From Nitrospinaceae bacterium (GTDB taxonomy: Bacteria; Nitrospinota; Nitrospinia; Nitrospinales; Nitrospinaceae), in contig OZ245011.1 of assembly GCA_965223665.1 (NCBI GenBank), positions 736,001 through 800,000 of the forward strand: 64,000 nt of DNA. Reading direction: 5' to 3'. A program made the position numbers and the translations under genes. Shown here one piece after another: positions 18,921 to 28,879 of this stretch. Each line of letters opens with the position of its first letter. The stretch's first letter is position 1. A model generated the notes under the pieces. That model searched no databases. It was not told the origin of the DNA and was given only the letters and a program-made list of their open reading frames with translations.

Positions 18921-20648
18921 TTAAGGACCTGAGATCAAACTCTTAGCATTAGCTAATTCGCTAATAGCTCTATTTATTCTATTGTTTGATCTTGAAATTC
19001 TAAAGTCATTTGCAGCATTTAAGGCTTGTTGCGCTTTGACTAAAGCAAACTCTAAACCCTTTTGAGCTTCATCAAACAAACTATACTCAGTAGCTTGCAG
19101 AACTTGAAATGAATCTTCTATATCGGCCTTGGCAAGAAAAATTAAATTCACACGTTTTCCTATATCTTCTGTAGCTAAAGCACGTTGTAGAAGATCCGTT
19201 GCAATATCTATATTCATCAAGCTATTGATGGTCCGTAAGAAAGCTGCAATCGCAGTCACTTCCGTGGTTTCTAAATGAATTTGTCCATTTGACCCTGCTG
19301 TATTGTTAAACGCATCGCTATTATAGAAAGCCACAGCTTGTTCAATCGTATTTACGCTGTTGTTATGAAAGAAAGGAGGGGTATCGGCGGCTTCAATCAA
19401 GGACGTAGAATTAAAACTATTATTACCAAAACCGCCATCGGGGTTTGCAGCGCTACCAAAACCAGCATCACGTCCAAAAGCCGGGTCATCAGGTAAAGCG
19501 CCTTCTAACACATGAGGTGCGGATGGCAAGTTTTCAACTCCTGTCGCAAAATTTAAATTTGTGGTTCGGGCAAAAGCTGCATTAGCCCCTGCATTAAAGT
19601 GACAGGTGTTACACCTGGCGCTACTTCCACCTGAAGGAGTTACAGTGTTAAAAAATAAATCTCTGCCATGAGTGACCAAAGGCGAATTAAAATTCATACC
19701 AGAAAGTTCGGTTCCGGTAAAATCTCTCTGTCGACCCTGGGCCAACTGATATGCAGCCATATCATCCAGTTCCCTTTCTGTTGGCAAACGAAAATCCACC
19801 CCTAACTGCCGATTCATAGTTTGGGGAAAATGTTGAATCGTTGCCCCTATAGAAAAAGCTTTTAAGGAACCATCTGATGAGAAACCTTCACAAGTTTGTC
19901 CAAAAATCTCGATCTCGCAGGCTGCATCAGCATCACCTTTTGTCATACCCTGACATTGGGTGCCGGTTACCTGACAAGTTCCTACAAACGGATCATCCAG
20001 GCTATTGGTACTACCCGGTGCACCATCTCCACTCCAACCAATGGCATGGGCTTTTCCAGCTCGACTAACCAATCCTGGTGGATTCAGAGAGGTTGACATT
20101 CCTAAAGTGTGCGGGACTCCTCGCGAAGTAGCCGGTGGGTTGTTTCCGCCATGACCATCTGCAGGAAACCCATCAGTGTTCGCTGAAATTAATCCAAATT
20201 TTCTTAGAAGATCTGCATTTTCCAATTTTCTCAAAGCAGGATTAAATTCATGAACAAAAAGAGGGTCATGAGGTGGTAAAGTGGAAATGAATTTCGGATC
20301 AATAGTGAAGTTGTTTTCCGGTCTGTGGCAACTGGCACAAGTTCGCCCATTTCCGCCAAAGGTTTCCATATTAAAGAGACACTCTCCTCTTGCCACCTGA
20401 GCTTCCTGACTGTCTCCAAAGGCAAAAAAATCGCACTGACTAAAAAAACCTGGCATTAATAGGCCATCACCAATTTTGATGAAACAATCTTCGCTACTGT
20501 TGCTCAAGGGATCCAATTCTACACACGGAATAATCGACAATTCCTCGATTGTAATGTCCTGCGCTTCTGCCTCTTGAGCCAGGACAACTGAATTAGAAAT
20601 AAACAAAAATAACAAAATTAAAAATATACCTATACCTGACTTTTTCAT
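18921..20648 (-). CDS. secreted di-heme cytochrome c peroxidase/MauG-superfamily protein
   Basis: signal peptide; CASCH and CNTCH heme motifs; IGWSGDG; TPPFFHNN...AVAFYN; AAFLRTI. Confidence 0.85.
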   Translation of the reverse strand: MKKSGIGIFLILLFLFISNSVVLAQEAEAQDITIEELSIIPCVELDPLSNSSEDCFIKIGDGLLMPGFFSQCDFFAFGDSQEAQVARGECLFNMETFGGNGRTCASCHRPENNFTIDPKFISTLPPHDPLFVHEFNPALRKLENADLLRKFGLISANTDGFPADGHGGNNPPATSRGVPHTLGMSTSLNPPGLVSRAGKAHAIGWSGDGAPGSTNSLDDPFVGTCQVTGTQCQGMTKGDADAACEIEIFGQTCEGFSSDGSLKAFSIGATIQHFPQTMNRQLGVDFRLPTERELDDMAAYQLAQGRQRDFTGTELSGMNFNSPLVTHGRDLFFNTVTPSGGSSARCNTCHFNAGANAAFARTTNLNFATGVENLPSAPHVLEGALPDDPAFGRDAGFGSAANPDGGFGNNSFNSTSLIEAADTPPFFHNNSVNTIEQAVAFYNSDAFNNTAGSNGQIHLETTEVTAIAAFLRTINSLMNIDIATDLLQRALATEDIGKRVNLIFLAKADIEDSFQVLQATEYSLFDEAQKGLEFALVKAQQALNAANDFRISRSNNRINRAISELANAKSLISGP

Positions 20649-21242
20649 TTTTCCCTCCCAGTAATAAATTGGAAAAATTTAAAGCAAAAGGCATAGATAT
20701 TAAATAGCCTAAAAAGGGTAATTTTGTTGTGTATTACCCTTTTTTAGTTACTGTTCCGCAAATAATTTACCCCACTTAGGTTATTAAAGGCTAACCCTTT
20801 ATTTATCAAGTAATTTTTAATATAAATTTCCAACTCAACAATATTTTTTTACTATTTGTACCAAAAACCTCTCTGGAATTTAAAAGGAATTCAAATTAAA
20901 TAAACTGAATTAGATTGAATTTATTAAAAATTTATAAAGGTTTTTCTAAACAAAATAACAGGAAATTAATTACCATAAGGATATCATTAGATAAATATTC
21001 AGTAGATTCGAATTTTGCAACTCACCAAATAAAAAATTCTTTAAGAGAACTTACCTTCTTAGTCGATTGTGGGAATTTTGTTTTAATAAAATAGGTTATT
21101 TTCTTAGACATTTAATTGATGAGAAAGCAGTTTTAAAACCAATCTATTCAGTTAAAAAAAAGAATGAACCTTTACAACCTTAAGGAAAAAAATCAAAAAC
21201 TTTAATATAATTTATAGGTTAACTTCGTTATTTGAGCATTAC

Positions 21243-21500
21243 ATGATTTCCAATCCTATAAAGCTTTTATGGACCGGTGGTCGAGATTCCACATTTCGTC
21301 TGCTCTATATTCTATTAGTAGAAAAAAAGAGCGTTCAACCCTGCGAAAACTGTAAGCCCTGCCGAAACGCTAAGGAAACTGGTAATTCTCACGGCTTACC
21401 GGAAACGAACTTTTTAATGGATTTATATATTAAATCAATTTTTAAAGTTCATCACTTTGTCAAAGTAGCTTTGAAAAAACTATCCCGGCAATTCCAATAA
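21243..21500 (+). pseudogene. internally deleted remnant of a QueC-like PP-loop protein
   Basis: N-terminal LLWTGGRDSTFRLL joined directly to C-terminal-type CENCKPC; only 85 aa. Confidence 0.55.
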
Positions 21501-21694
21501 GTATTAAAATTATCTTCTTGATTTATTAAACAAAATCCCTAGCTTTTAATCCCCCTTCCCTATTATTTCAAATTCCTTTTCTGTTTAGGTAGTTGCAATG
21601 AATAAAGTGTATGAGTGGACAAAAAGATATAAATAAGTGTACAATTCCTGCAATTCTTGACCCATGAAACCACTTTTTTTAGGATAATGAAATA

Positions 21695-22645
21695 ATGCGT
21701 TCGATAAAAATCGAAGGACTCGACATACCATTTACAGCCCTCACTTTGGGTTGTTTGCATATTGCCCCCAGTAAAAGGTGGGGAGACTTTTGTTCTGCAG
21801 AAGATGCAGACCGAGTGGTAAAAACCGCTCTTGAGGGCGGTATTATGGCTTTTGATACAGCTGAGGGCTATGGCGATGGAGAATCCGAACGTCGCCTTGG
21901 CAAAGCTTTAGGATCCCGTATAAACGATGTACTAATCATTTCCAAAATATGGCCCGATGTAAAATTAGACCTCGAGGCTTACCAGTCGCGCCTTGAAGAA
22001 ACATTAAAGAATCTTGGCAGGGAATATGTCGATGTGTACATGGTTCACTGGCCCGGTATGTATTTAGATACCATGGTAAAGACCGGAAAAATGTGCGAAA
22101 TTATGGCTGCGCTAAAGGAAAGTGGCAAGGCCCGTACCGTAGGTGTTTCTAATTTCCAGGCGAGAGATATTGGCCTAATGACACGCGACGCCTCCTTATT
22201 TACTTTCAATCAAGTTCCTTATAACCTGCTTCAGCGCGAGTACGAAGGAGAACATCTACAACAATGTGAGAGGGCCGGTATCGGTTACATGGCGTATTCA
22301 CCCCTTGCACGTGGTCTTTTAGCCGGTCGATTGGATGAAGAATCCTTAAAAGAACCTGCCCGCGGGGAATTTTTCTTGTGTCAACATCCTCATTTTGAGG
22401 ATACACAAAGGATGCACCGGATAGTTGAGGAAATCGCAAAAGAAATCAACACGGCTCCAGTCAACGTGGCACTTGCATGGGTAATCCAGCAAAAAAATAT
22501 CACCACCGCAGTGGTTGGATCTCGCAAGGTAGATCAAGTGAAGGAATTCTGTGCTGCCGGAGATATTACACTTAATCCCGATCAACTGGATCGACTCAAT
22601 GAGGTGAGCACTTCGTCCCATACTGCCAGGGGTGCAATTGTTTAA
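21695..22645 (+). CDS. aldo/keto reductase
   Basis: FDTAEGYG, SERRLGKAL, VDVYMVHWP, GVSNF, QVPYNLLQR, AYSPLARGLL. Confidence 0.95.
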   Translation: MRSIKIEGLDIPFTALTLGCLHIAPSKRWGDFCSAEDADRVVKTALEGGIMAFDTAEGYGDGESERRLGKALGSRINDVLIISKIWPDVKLDLEAYQSRLEETLKNLGREYVDVYMVHWPGMYLDTMVKTGKMCEIMAALKESGKARTVGVSNFQARDIGLMTRDASLFTFNQVPYNLLQREYEGEHLQQCERAGIGYMAYSPLARGLLAGRLDEESLKEPARGEFFLCQHPHFEDTQRMHRIVEEIAKEINTAPVNVALAWVIQQKNITTAVVGSRKVDQVKEFCAAGDITLNPDQLDRLNEVSTSSHTARGAIV

Positions 22646-22742
22646 TATTGAACAATATCTTTATTCTTCTTTTAAAGGTCAGCAAAAATAGGCCTTATTT
22701 AATTTTTTACCCAATCCAAAAAGTTTCTATTCAGAACATTGG

Positions 22743-22767
22743 AAAGTCCTAAAATTTAGGACTTTTT
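22743..22767 (+). terminator. probable intrinsic terminator
   Basis: aaagtcctaaa-a-tttaggacttt hairpin with T-run downstream of the AKR gene. Confidence 0.5.
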
Positions 22768-22853
22768 AAATTAACGCCAAATTTGGCATTCAAATTTCAA
22801 ATCCCCCACTGTTATTCTACTTTTTTATCCCTTATTGGCTTGAGAGGAAAGTC

Positions 22854-23340
22854 ATGTCCTTTCATCGACTTTTGGTTGGCTTTATTTCAGTAAACACATG
22901 GATAGCACTTATTCTGTACCTTCTTGTACCATCCAATCTGGAAGCCTGCTCCTGTGGTTCCAAAAATAATTGGGTAATGAAAAAATACCAGGAAATGGAT
23001 TGGATATTTTGGGGTCGGGTGGAAGGATTTGAAAAGTGTTATATGTTTCCTGTTTTGCATCCGGAATTAGTCGAAAAGTTTCCCGACATCAATCATAACC
23101 TGAAAGAAATTCTTGAAAAAAATCCTCATTAAAGAGGCAGAATATTTTAAAAATTCTATCCAGAATTTAGGTCCTCAAGAAAACCCAGAACGTTTACTTT
23201 TGTTGAATCAGGTATTAGCGCAGAGGCGGAAAGCCATAAGAAAATGGGATGAAATTGCCAAAATCATTTCTCTAATCTTCAAGAGAATATTACCCCAACC
23301 ACGCCGAACTGAATTCATAACCTGTCTCGAAAGAAACTGA
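22854..23340 (+). pseudogene. frameshifted exported protein (ACSC N-terminal motif)
   Basis: ORFs 22854-23132 and 23113-23340 fuse if one A is removed from the A7 run 23116-23122; SD gagagga. Confidence 0.5.
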
Positions 23341-23419
23341 TTAAGATACTCATAAATTTACAGGCTTAATCTTTTGGGGGATGGAGCTTTGTAAAAATTG
23401 ATAGTAGGAAAAAAATGAA

Positions 23420-23433
23420 TGGTGGTAGTGCAG
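23420..23433 (-). repeat. degenerate copy of tRNA-Met 3' end (att-like)
   Basis: tggtggtagtgcag vs tggtggcggtgcag at 28880-28893 (12/14), same orientation. Confidence 0.4.
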
Positions 23434-23494
23434 CCCCCTAAACATATGTTATTGAAGGTTTTTAGTAGCCCCCATAGTTACACCTAGTTTCTTC

Positions 23495-26056
23495 TCAATC
23501 TTTTAAAGATAAATCTTGATTATTTAATATACGGTCAATTTCTAAAAAAAGCTGAGAAATATTAAATGGTTTAGTAATGTAACCTCGAAATCCTTTTGTC
23601 AGAGCTTTTTTGATATCAGAATCCATTGCGTTTGCACTAATAGCTATTACAGGAATGTCTCGCGTTTCTTCTAAATTCTGTAATTTCTTCATTGCCGTAA
23701 TCCCATCCATTTCTGGCATATTAATATCCATTAGAATTAAGTCAGGTTTATGACCACTGGCGAGTTCAATACCCATGCTTGCTTGAGGAGCTGTAAGCAA
23801 ATTAATATCATCCCTACTTAGAATTATTTGTTCCATAAGTGTCATATTTTCTGGATTATCTTCAACATAAAGGATAGTCCATTTTGGCTTATCTATACTA
23901 TCCTTAATGATATGTAATGGATTAATTAATTGACTTATTTCAGAATTTTTACATTCACTTCCTAAGGGTAAAATTATCGAAAATTGACTACCTTCTCCAA
24001 GGGTACTCTTAACTGATATTGTCCCATTCATCATTTCAATTAGCTGCTTGGTGATTGTAAGTCCAATTCCTGTTCCTTGAATTTCGGAGTTTTCAGCACC
24101 TAATCGATTAAAGGGTTTAAATAAATCCTTCAAATCGCTATTGGACATTCCTAAACCTGTATCAATGATATCAAAGCGAACTTTTTTTCCTTCAATTTCC
24201 TTAGAATCTAAAGTTATTAAACCACCTTCTTTGTTGTATTTAATTGCATTAGAAATTAGATTGAGCAAAACTTGCTTAAATCTACTGAAATCGGCCAAAA
24301 TCATTACGTTAGTTTCGTTTGACAGATGATTTCTTATTTGGATATTTCGTTTTGCTGCCAATGGTCCGGTCAGTGTAATAACATCTTCAATCACATCAGA
24401 AGCATTAATGCTTTCTATAGACAAGTCTAAATTGCCTGTTTCAATACGTGAAAGATCCAATACCTCATCAATTAATTTCAAGAGATGATTTCCCGCAGTT
24501 AAAATTTTATCCATTTTATCCTTTTGGGCATTACTTAATGGATCTTTGGTATCGTAATCAAGAAGTTGCCCAAATCCTAAAATAGCATTCATTGGGGTTC
24601 TCAATTCATGACTCATCTGAGAAAGAAAATCAGATTTTGCTCTGCTGGCCTTTTCGGCGACTTCCTTAGCAGCCAAAATTTCATTTTCGGCCTTTTTCCG
24701 TTCTGTAATATCATGTCCGTAAATATTAAAATAATTTGCTGCTGAAATATTGACAACATCATACTCAAGTATTCGACCTGCTAATTCAATTTCTAATTTA
24801 CTTCTTTGCCCTCCGGACTTAACCTTATCTAATGTTTCAATAAAAGGTGTAGGAACTTTGTCACCTATCTTACAACCCCATTTTTCCAAAATGGCCAATC
24901 CTATTTGGTTAGAGAAAAGCAAAGTATAATGGTAATCAACTTGAAAAATAGGGTTCGTATTTTCATTGGGCAGGCTAACTAAAATTTCCAAATCTCGAGT
25001 TCGTTCTCTTACACGAGACTCTAATTCTTCATTAACTTTACCAAGTTTCTCCTCAGCTTTTTTCCTTTCGTCTACTTCCTCTTGAAGTTTTAAATTAAAG
25101 TCCTGGATATCTTTAGCACGCCTCCGTGCTTCCAAACTAAAGTAGGCAGAAATAAAAAGTAAAATTCCTGTTAAAAATCCAGAGAAGAGAACAAACAGAG
25201 GAAAGTTGGAGCTTTCTTTTTTAAAAAACGCCGGTTGGGGAACCAAACGTAAATCCCAGTCAATTCCCAACATGTTAATATTTTTTATAAGAGACCATTC
25301 CTTCAAATAAGGAATATCGTGACCTAGAGGACCATAAATTTCCTTCCCATCTTGAAGAACTGAAATGGCATAACTTTCATTAAACCCCTCCAGTAAAATA
25401 AAATCCAAAAATGATTCTGCATGGGAAAAAGCAACTAGAAAACCCTCAAAACTATTCTTGTTGTAAACAGGATTTAAGGCCAAAAAAATCTGACTTTCAT
25501 GGAAATTAAAGGATACAGCAATTGTCTTTCCTTTTTTCTTGGAAGCAGTTTGAAAAAAAGTCTTTTTAGTTTGGATCATTTCTTGAAAATCTTTGTGAAC
25601 CAAGTCTATATTTTCCGACGTGACTAGCCCTCTTAGCCCGAGAGATGTATCAACCAAAAATATAGCTTCTAGACCGGTAAAAATTTCAATTTGAGCACGG
25701 GCATCCATTTCCCATTCTTTCCAAGGCACTCCTCCACGGATATTCCAACGCTGTGCCATTTGCTCAAGAGTTTGGAGTGTGCTTGTCAGTTCTGATGAAA
25801 TAAGTTCTGCATGCTTGGTTATTTCGTTTTGGGAGGTCGAATTATAATACTCAGTTTCTTGGACTTTCAACCCATAGTAAAGGAAACCAGTAATAATAAT
25901 CACAGATATTCCTGCGATCAGTGGGATGATTAATGAATTAAGGCGTTTTTTGGAAACCCTATTTAATTGAAATAAATTTTTAAGACCCAAATAATTATTC
26001 CGAAAATTTTGTGTATGTTTAATCTGGTTTTTTAGCAATCGCAACAAAATTAACAA
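23495..26056 (-). CDS. hybrid sensor histidine kinase/response regulator with periplasmic (CHASE-like) sensor and PAS-like domain
   Basis: two TMs flanking a periplasmic domain, [27 protein letters not shown], receiver ILYVEDN...LMDINMP...ITKP; true start may be downstream of 26056. Confidence 0.93.
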   Translation of the reverse strand: MLILLRLLKNQIKHTQNFRNNYLGLKNLFQLNRVSKKRLNSLIIPLIAGISVIIITGFLYYGLKVQETEYYNSTSQNEITKHAELISSELTSTLQTLEQMAQRWNIRGGVPWKEWEMDARAQIEIFTGLEAIFLVDTSLGLRGLVTSENIDLVHKDFQEMIQTKKTFFQTASKKKGKTIAVSFNFHESQIFLALNPVYNKNSFEGFLVAFSHAESFLDFILLEGFNESYAISVLQDGKEIYGPLGHDIPYLKEWSLIKNINMLGIDWDLRLVPQPAFFKKESSNFPLFVLFSGFLTGILLFISAYFSLEARRRAKDIQDFNLKLQEEVDERKKAEEKLGKVNEELESRVRERTRDLEILVSLPNENTNPIFQVDYHYTLLFSNQIGLAILEKWGCKIGDKVPTPFIETLDKVKSGGQRSKLEIELAGRILEYDVVNISAANYFNIYGHDITERKKAENEILAAKEVAEKASRAKSDFLSQMSHELRTPMNAILGFGQLLDYDTKDPLSNAQKDKMDKILTAGNHLLKLIDEVLDLSRIETGNLDLSIESINASDVIEDVITLTGPLAAKRNIQIRNHLSNETNVMILADFSRFKQVLLNLISNAIKYNKEGGLITLDSKEIEGKKVRFDIIDTGLGMSNSDLKDLFKPFNRLGAENSEIQGTGIGLTITKQLIEMMNGTISVKSTLGEGSQFSIILPLGSECKNSEISQLINPLHIIKDSIDKPKWTILYVEDNPENMTLMEQIILSRDDINLLTAPQASMGIELASGHKPDLILMDINMPEMDGITAMKKLQNLEETRDIPVIAISANAMDSDIKKALTKGFRGYITKPFNISQLFLEIDRILNNQDLSLKD

Positions 26057-26514
26057 AAAATTTCCATAGCTATTGGATTAAAAAACTCAGAAAAAATCTT
26101 ATAAGTGGTTGTCTTTTAATGATTAATATCAGTTTAGGGATATACCCATTTATTGTCAACACGGGTCAAGATCATAAAGGTATAACTCGAATTATCAATG
26201 CAAAATAAATTTTAAATCAAAATTCGACAGTCTACCTTTAAAAAGAATTTTATTAATAAAAAGAACTTACTATTAAATTCGACCACCAATTTTTATTCAA
26301 AGTTTCCGCTAAAAATTTAACTCCGATTTACCCTATTCACTCCTAAATTAACGAAGTTTTACTTTCCATTTTCAAACTCATAATTTTTCCTTATTTCTCT
26401 TTAGTGCCTCCTGCTTTTAACCGAAAAGGATTACTAGTACCTAAGTTATAGCAATTCCGCCAATGATTTATTCCATTACTTTGTAGAATTTTTCTTAATA
26501 GATAAGAAAGAGAT

Positions 26515-27723
26515 ATGTCCTTTATTCTTAAAAAGTGCTCTGAAAATTGTGCAAGAATTCTATTGATAATAACCCTTCTGCTTTTTGCTACACCCTTCTC
26601 AGCCAGAGGTAATGATGAATCCATAAAATCTTCTCAACAAGAAATTCAAAAAAGGTTAAGGGAATTAGAAGATCAAATCATAGAATTGCAATTAAAAGAA
26701 TCCAACCGAGTTCCAGTCACCTCATTTGATTCACTAAAAATTGATTTTGGCGGATTTATTTCCCAAACCTTTACTTCGGTTTTTAACGGAGATAGTCCAA
26801 GCCAATCCTCATTTGATCAAACCAATTTAGAAATTCTCATTGGAGCGGATATAACTGAAAACCATCGATTTTTTACTGCGATAGGTTTTCTTCGTCAGGC
26901 AGACCTGATTAACGAAGCCACAGCAACAAATGTTAGCCTAAGGGGTTTTACTGGCTCCGTAAATCGTGTTCCACTAATTATTGCCTGGGGACAGCACAGT
27001 TTTTCTGATTTTTTGGATATTAGCTATGGAAGATTAATTACTCCCTGGGGGATTATAAATAGGGAACATTTTCCTCCAACTTTAATGAATTTAAACCAAC
27101 CCCAATTTTTAAGAGCGACCCAACCTAGTAATTTATTCGGAGGTAATACCTTTACTCCCAATTTTCTACAAGGGGTGCAGGCTCACGGCTCAAAATTTAT
27201 TGATAACCACCAATTAGAATATTTTCTTTACACAGGGCACTTTAACGGGGGAAGGTCTTTTGATTTCACCTCAGGATTGAGGCTACAATGGTCACTGCCA
27301 GACAAAATAGTTACCTTTGGAATCTCATATCAAAATGGTAAAAGGCCTATTGTTACCAACAATAAATACAATTTAATTGGAGTCGACCTGAAAATCGATT
27401 ACAAAGGATTTATGCTTAAATCCGAATATATATATAGCTATATTCAAAGTTTTGTAAATCGAGAATCTTATTACATCCAACCCTCTTATAGAAGAGGAAA
27501 CTGGATAGTTTTTTATCGGTATGATTTTATTGATACTAACAAATCAATAAATAATGATGCCTCAGAACAAACGGAGCATACTTTTGGGGTTAATTATTTT
27601 ATCACTCCGACAATACGTCTCCGCGCTGAATATGTCTTAAACAGATTTAATTTAACACTAGATACGACTGGCAAAGATAGAGATTACGATAATATTCAAC
27701 TTTCGATAACAACATCTTTTTAA
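26515..27723 (+). CDS. outer-membrane beta-barrel (porin-like) protein with N-terminal coiled coil
   Basis: signal peptide, coiled coil EIQKRLRELEDQI, amphipathic beta strands, C-terminal Phe (LSITTSF). Confidence 0.8.
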   Translation: MSFILKKCSENCARILLIITLLLFATPFSARGNDESIKSSQQEIQKRLRELEDQIIELQLKESNRVPVTSFDSLKIDFGGFISQTFTSVFNGDSPSQSSFDQTNLEILIGADITENHRFFTAIGFLRQADLINEATATNVSLRGFTGSVNRVPLIIAWGQHSFSDFLDISYGRLITPWGIINREHFPPTLMNLNQPQFLRATQPSNLFGGNTFTPNFLQGVQAHGSKFIDNHQLEYFLYTGHFNGGRSFDFTSGLRLQWSLPDKIVTFGISYQNGKRPIVTNNKYNLIGVDLKIDYKGFMLKSEYIYSYIQSFVNRESYYIQPSYRRGNWIVFYRYDFIDTNKSINNDASEQTEHTFGVNYFITPTIRLRAEYVLNRFNLTLDTTGKDRDYDNIQLSITTSF

Positions 27724-27733
27724 AGAGATAACA

Positions 27734-28183
27734 GTGATAAGATTTGTATTTATAAATTTACTTGTCGTTTTCCTTTTCGGGGCAATTCCAGCTCGCGCAA
27801 ATTCTATTGTTGTTATTGTAAATAAGGAAAACCCTGTTAACTCGCTAACAGTCGATGAGGTTAGACGGTATTTCTTATTAGATTCAAAAAATTGGCCTTC
27901 AGGCAGTAAGATAAAACCAATTAACCTGCATAAATCATCCACAACAAAGAATTATTTCCTCAATAAAATCCTAAAAATGACTCTCAATGATTACGATCAT
28001 TTTTGGTTGTCGATGAAACAAAAATCAGGTGAGACCGAACCTAAAACAGTTAAATCCAATAAATTTGTTTTAAAAATTGTAGGAAAAGATGCAAAGGCCA
28101 TTGGTTATTTGCCGGAAGATTATTTTAATAAATTACAAGCCACCTCAAAGAACAATATCAAGGCTGTCTTAATAGTTAAATAA
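27734..28183 (+). CDS. small periplasmic protein, phosphate-ABC-SBP-like single lobe
   Basis: signal peptide, VVIVNKENPVNSLT.DEVRRYFL, AIGYL; 149 aa; GTG start. Confidence 0.75.
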   Translation: MIRFVFINLLVVFLFGAIPARANSIVVIVNKENPVNSLTVDEVRRYFLLDSKNWPSGSKIKPINLHKSSTTKNYFLNKILKMTLNDYDHFWLSMKQKSGETEPKTVKSNKFVLKIVGKDAKAIGYLPEDYFNKLQATSKNNIKAVLIVK

Positions 28184-28196
28184 TTAGTTAATAATT

Positions 28197-28856
28197 ATGA
28201 CACCCTCCTCTTTTAATAAAATTATTTTAAATTTCAAAAATTGGTCTGTGAATATTCCCATATTTCTGATTCTATTTTTCCTACCCACAAATTTCTCTTA
28301 CGCTTCCACTGAAAATTTTTGTAACGTTCGTTTAATCAAAGTTCAAAAAAATAAATTAAAAAATGAGTACTTCGGACCCTTTAGACATCCATTTAAATTT
28401 ACTAAAGATGAAATTCAATTACTTCTAGAGTCTATTTATTTTTCTAAAAACACCATATTTTGGAGTAAACCACAACCAATTCTTTCCAAAAGAACTGCAA
28501 AATGCTTAGCGTATCCAATAAGTAAAGCTCTAGCAAAATCTGATAGAAATAAAGTAGTAAACTTCAAAGTTCACCAAAAGATTTTAAATTTAGAGGGAGA
28601 AGTATTTATCAACAAAAATGGATTAAATTGGAAAATATCAAGTATCAGTAATTTGACCAAGAGTTTCCGTCAAACCGGAATTTGGGAGAATAATTGGAAA
28701 TTAGTTCCGAAAAGAGGCCAGAATTATTATAAATATAACGATGTGCTTGGACTTGAAACAAAAAACTTAAAGTGGATTGTTATTTCTGGAAAAAATATCA
28801 AACACTATATAAATAGAAAGTCAGGCCGAAGAATAGCCTTAAAAAAGACACACTAA
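28197..28856 (+). CDS. exported basic hypothetical protein
   Basis: 219 aa ORF with N-terminal hydrophobic segment, third gene of the operon. Confidence 0.65.
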   Translation: MTPSSFNKIILNFKNWSVNIPIFLILFFLPTNFSYASTENFCNVRLIKVQKNKLKNEYFGPFRHPFKFTKDEIQLLLESIYFSKNTIFWSKPQPILSKRTAKCLAYPISKALAKSDRNKVVNFKVHQKILNLEGEVFINKNGLNWKISSISNLTKSFRQTGIWENNWKLVPKRGQNYYKYNDVLGLETKNLKWIVISGKNIKHYINRKSGRRIALKKTH

Positions 28857-28879
28857 AGCTATTATGAATATTTAAAAAA

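Noticed and set aside
20800..21240. Long AT-rich gap examined for CRISPR or sRNA
   Set aside because: No regularly spaced direct repeats and no convincing stable structure seen
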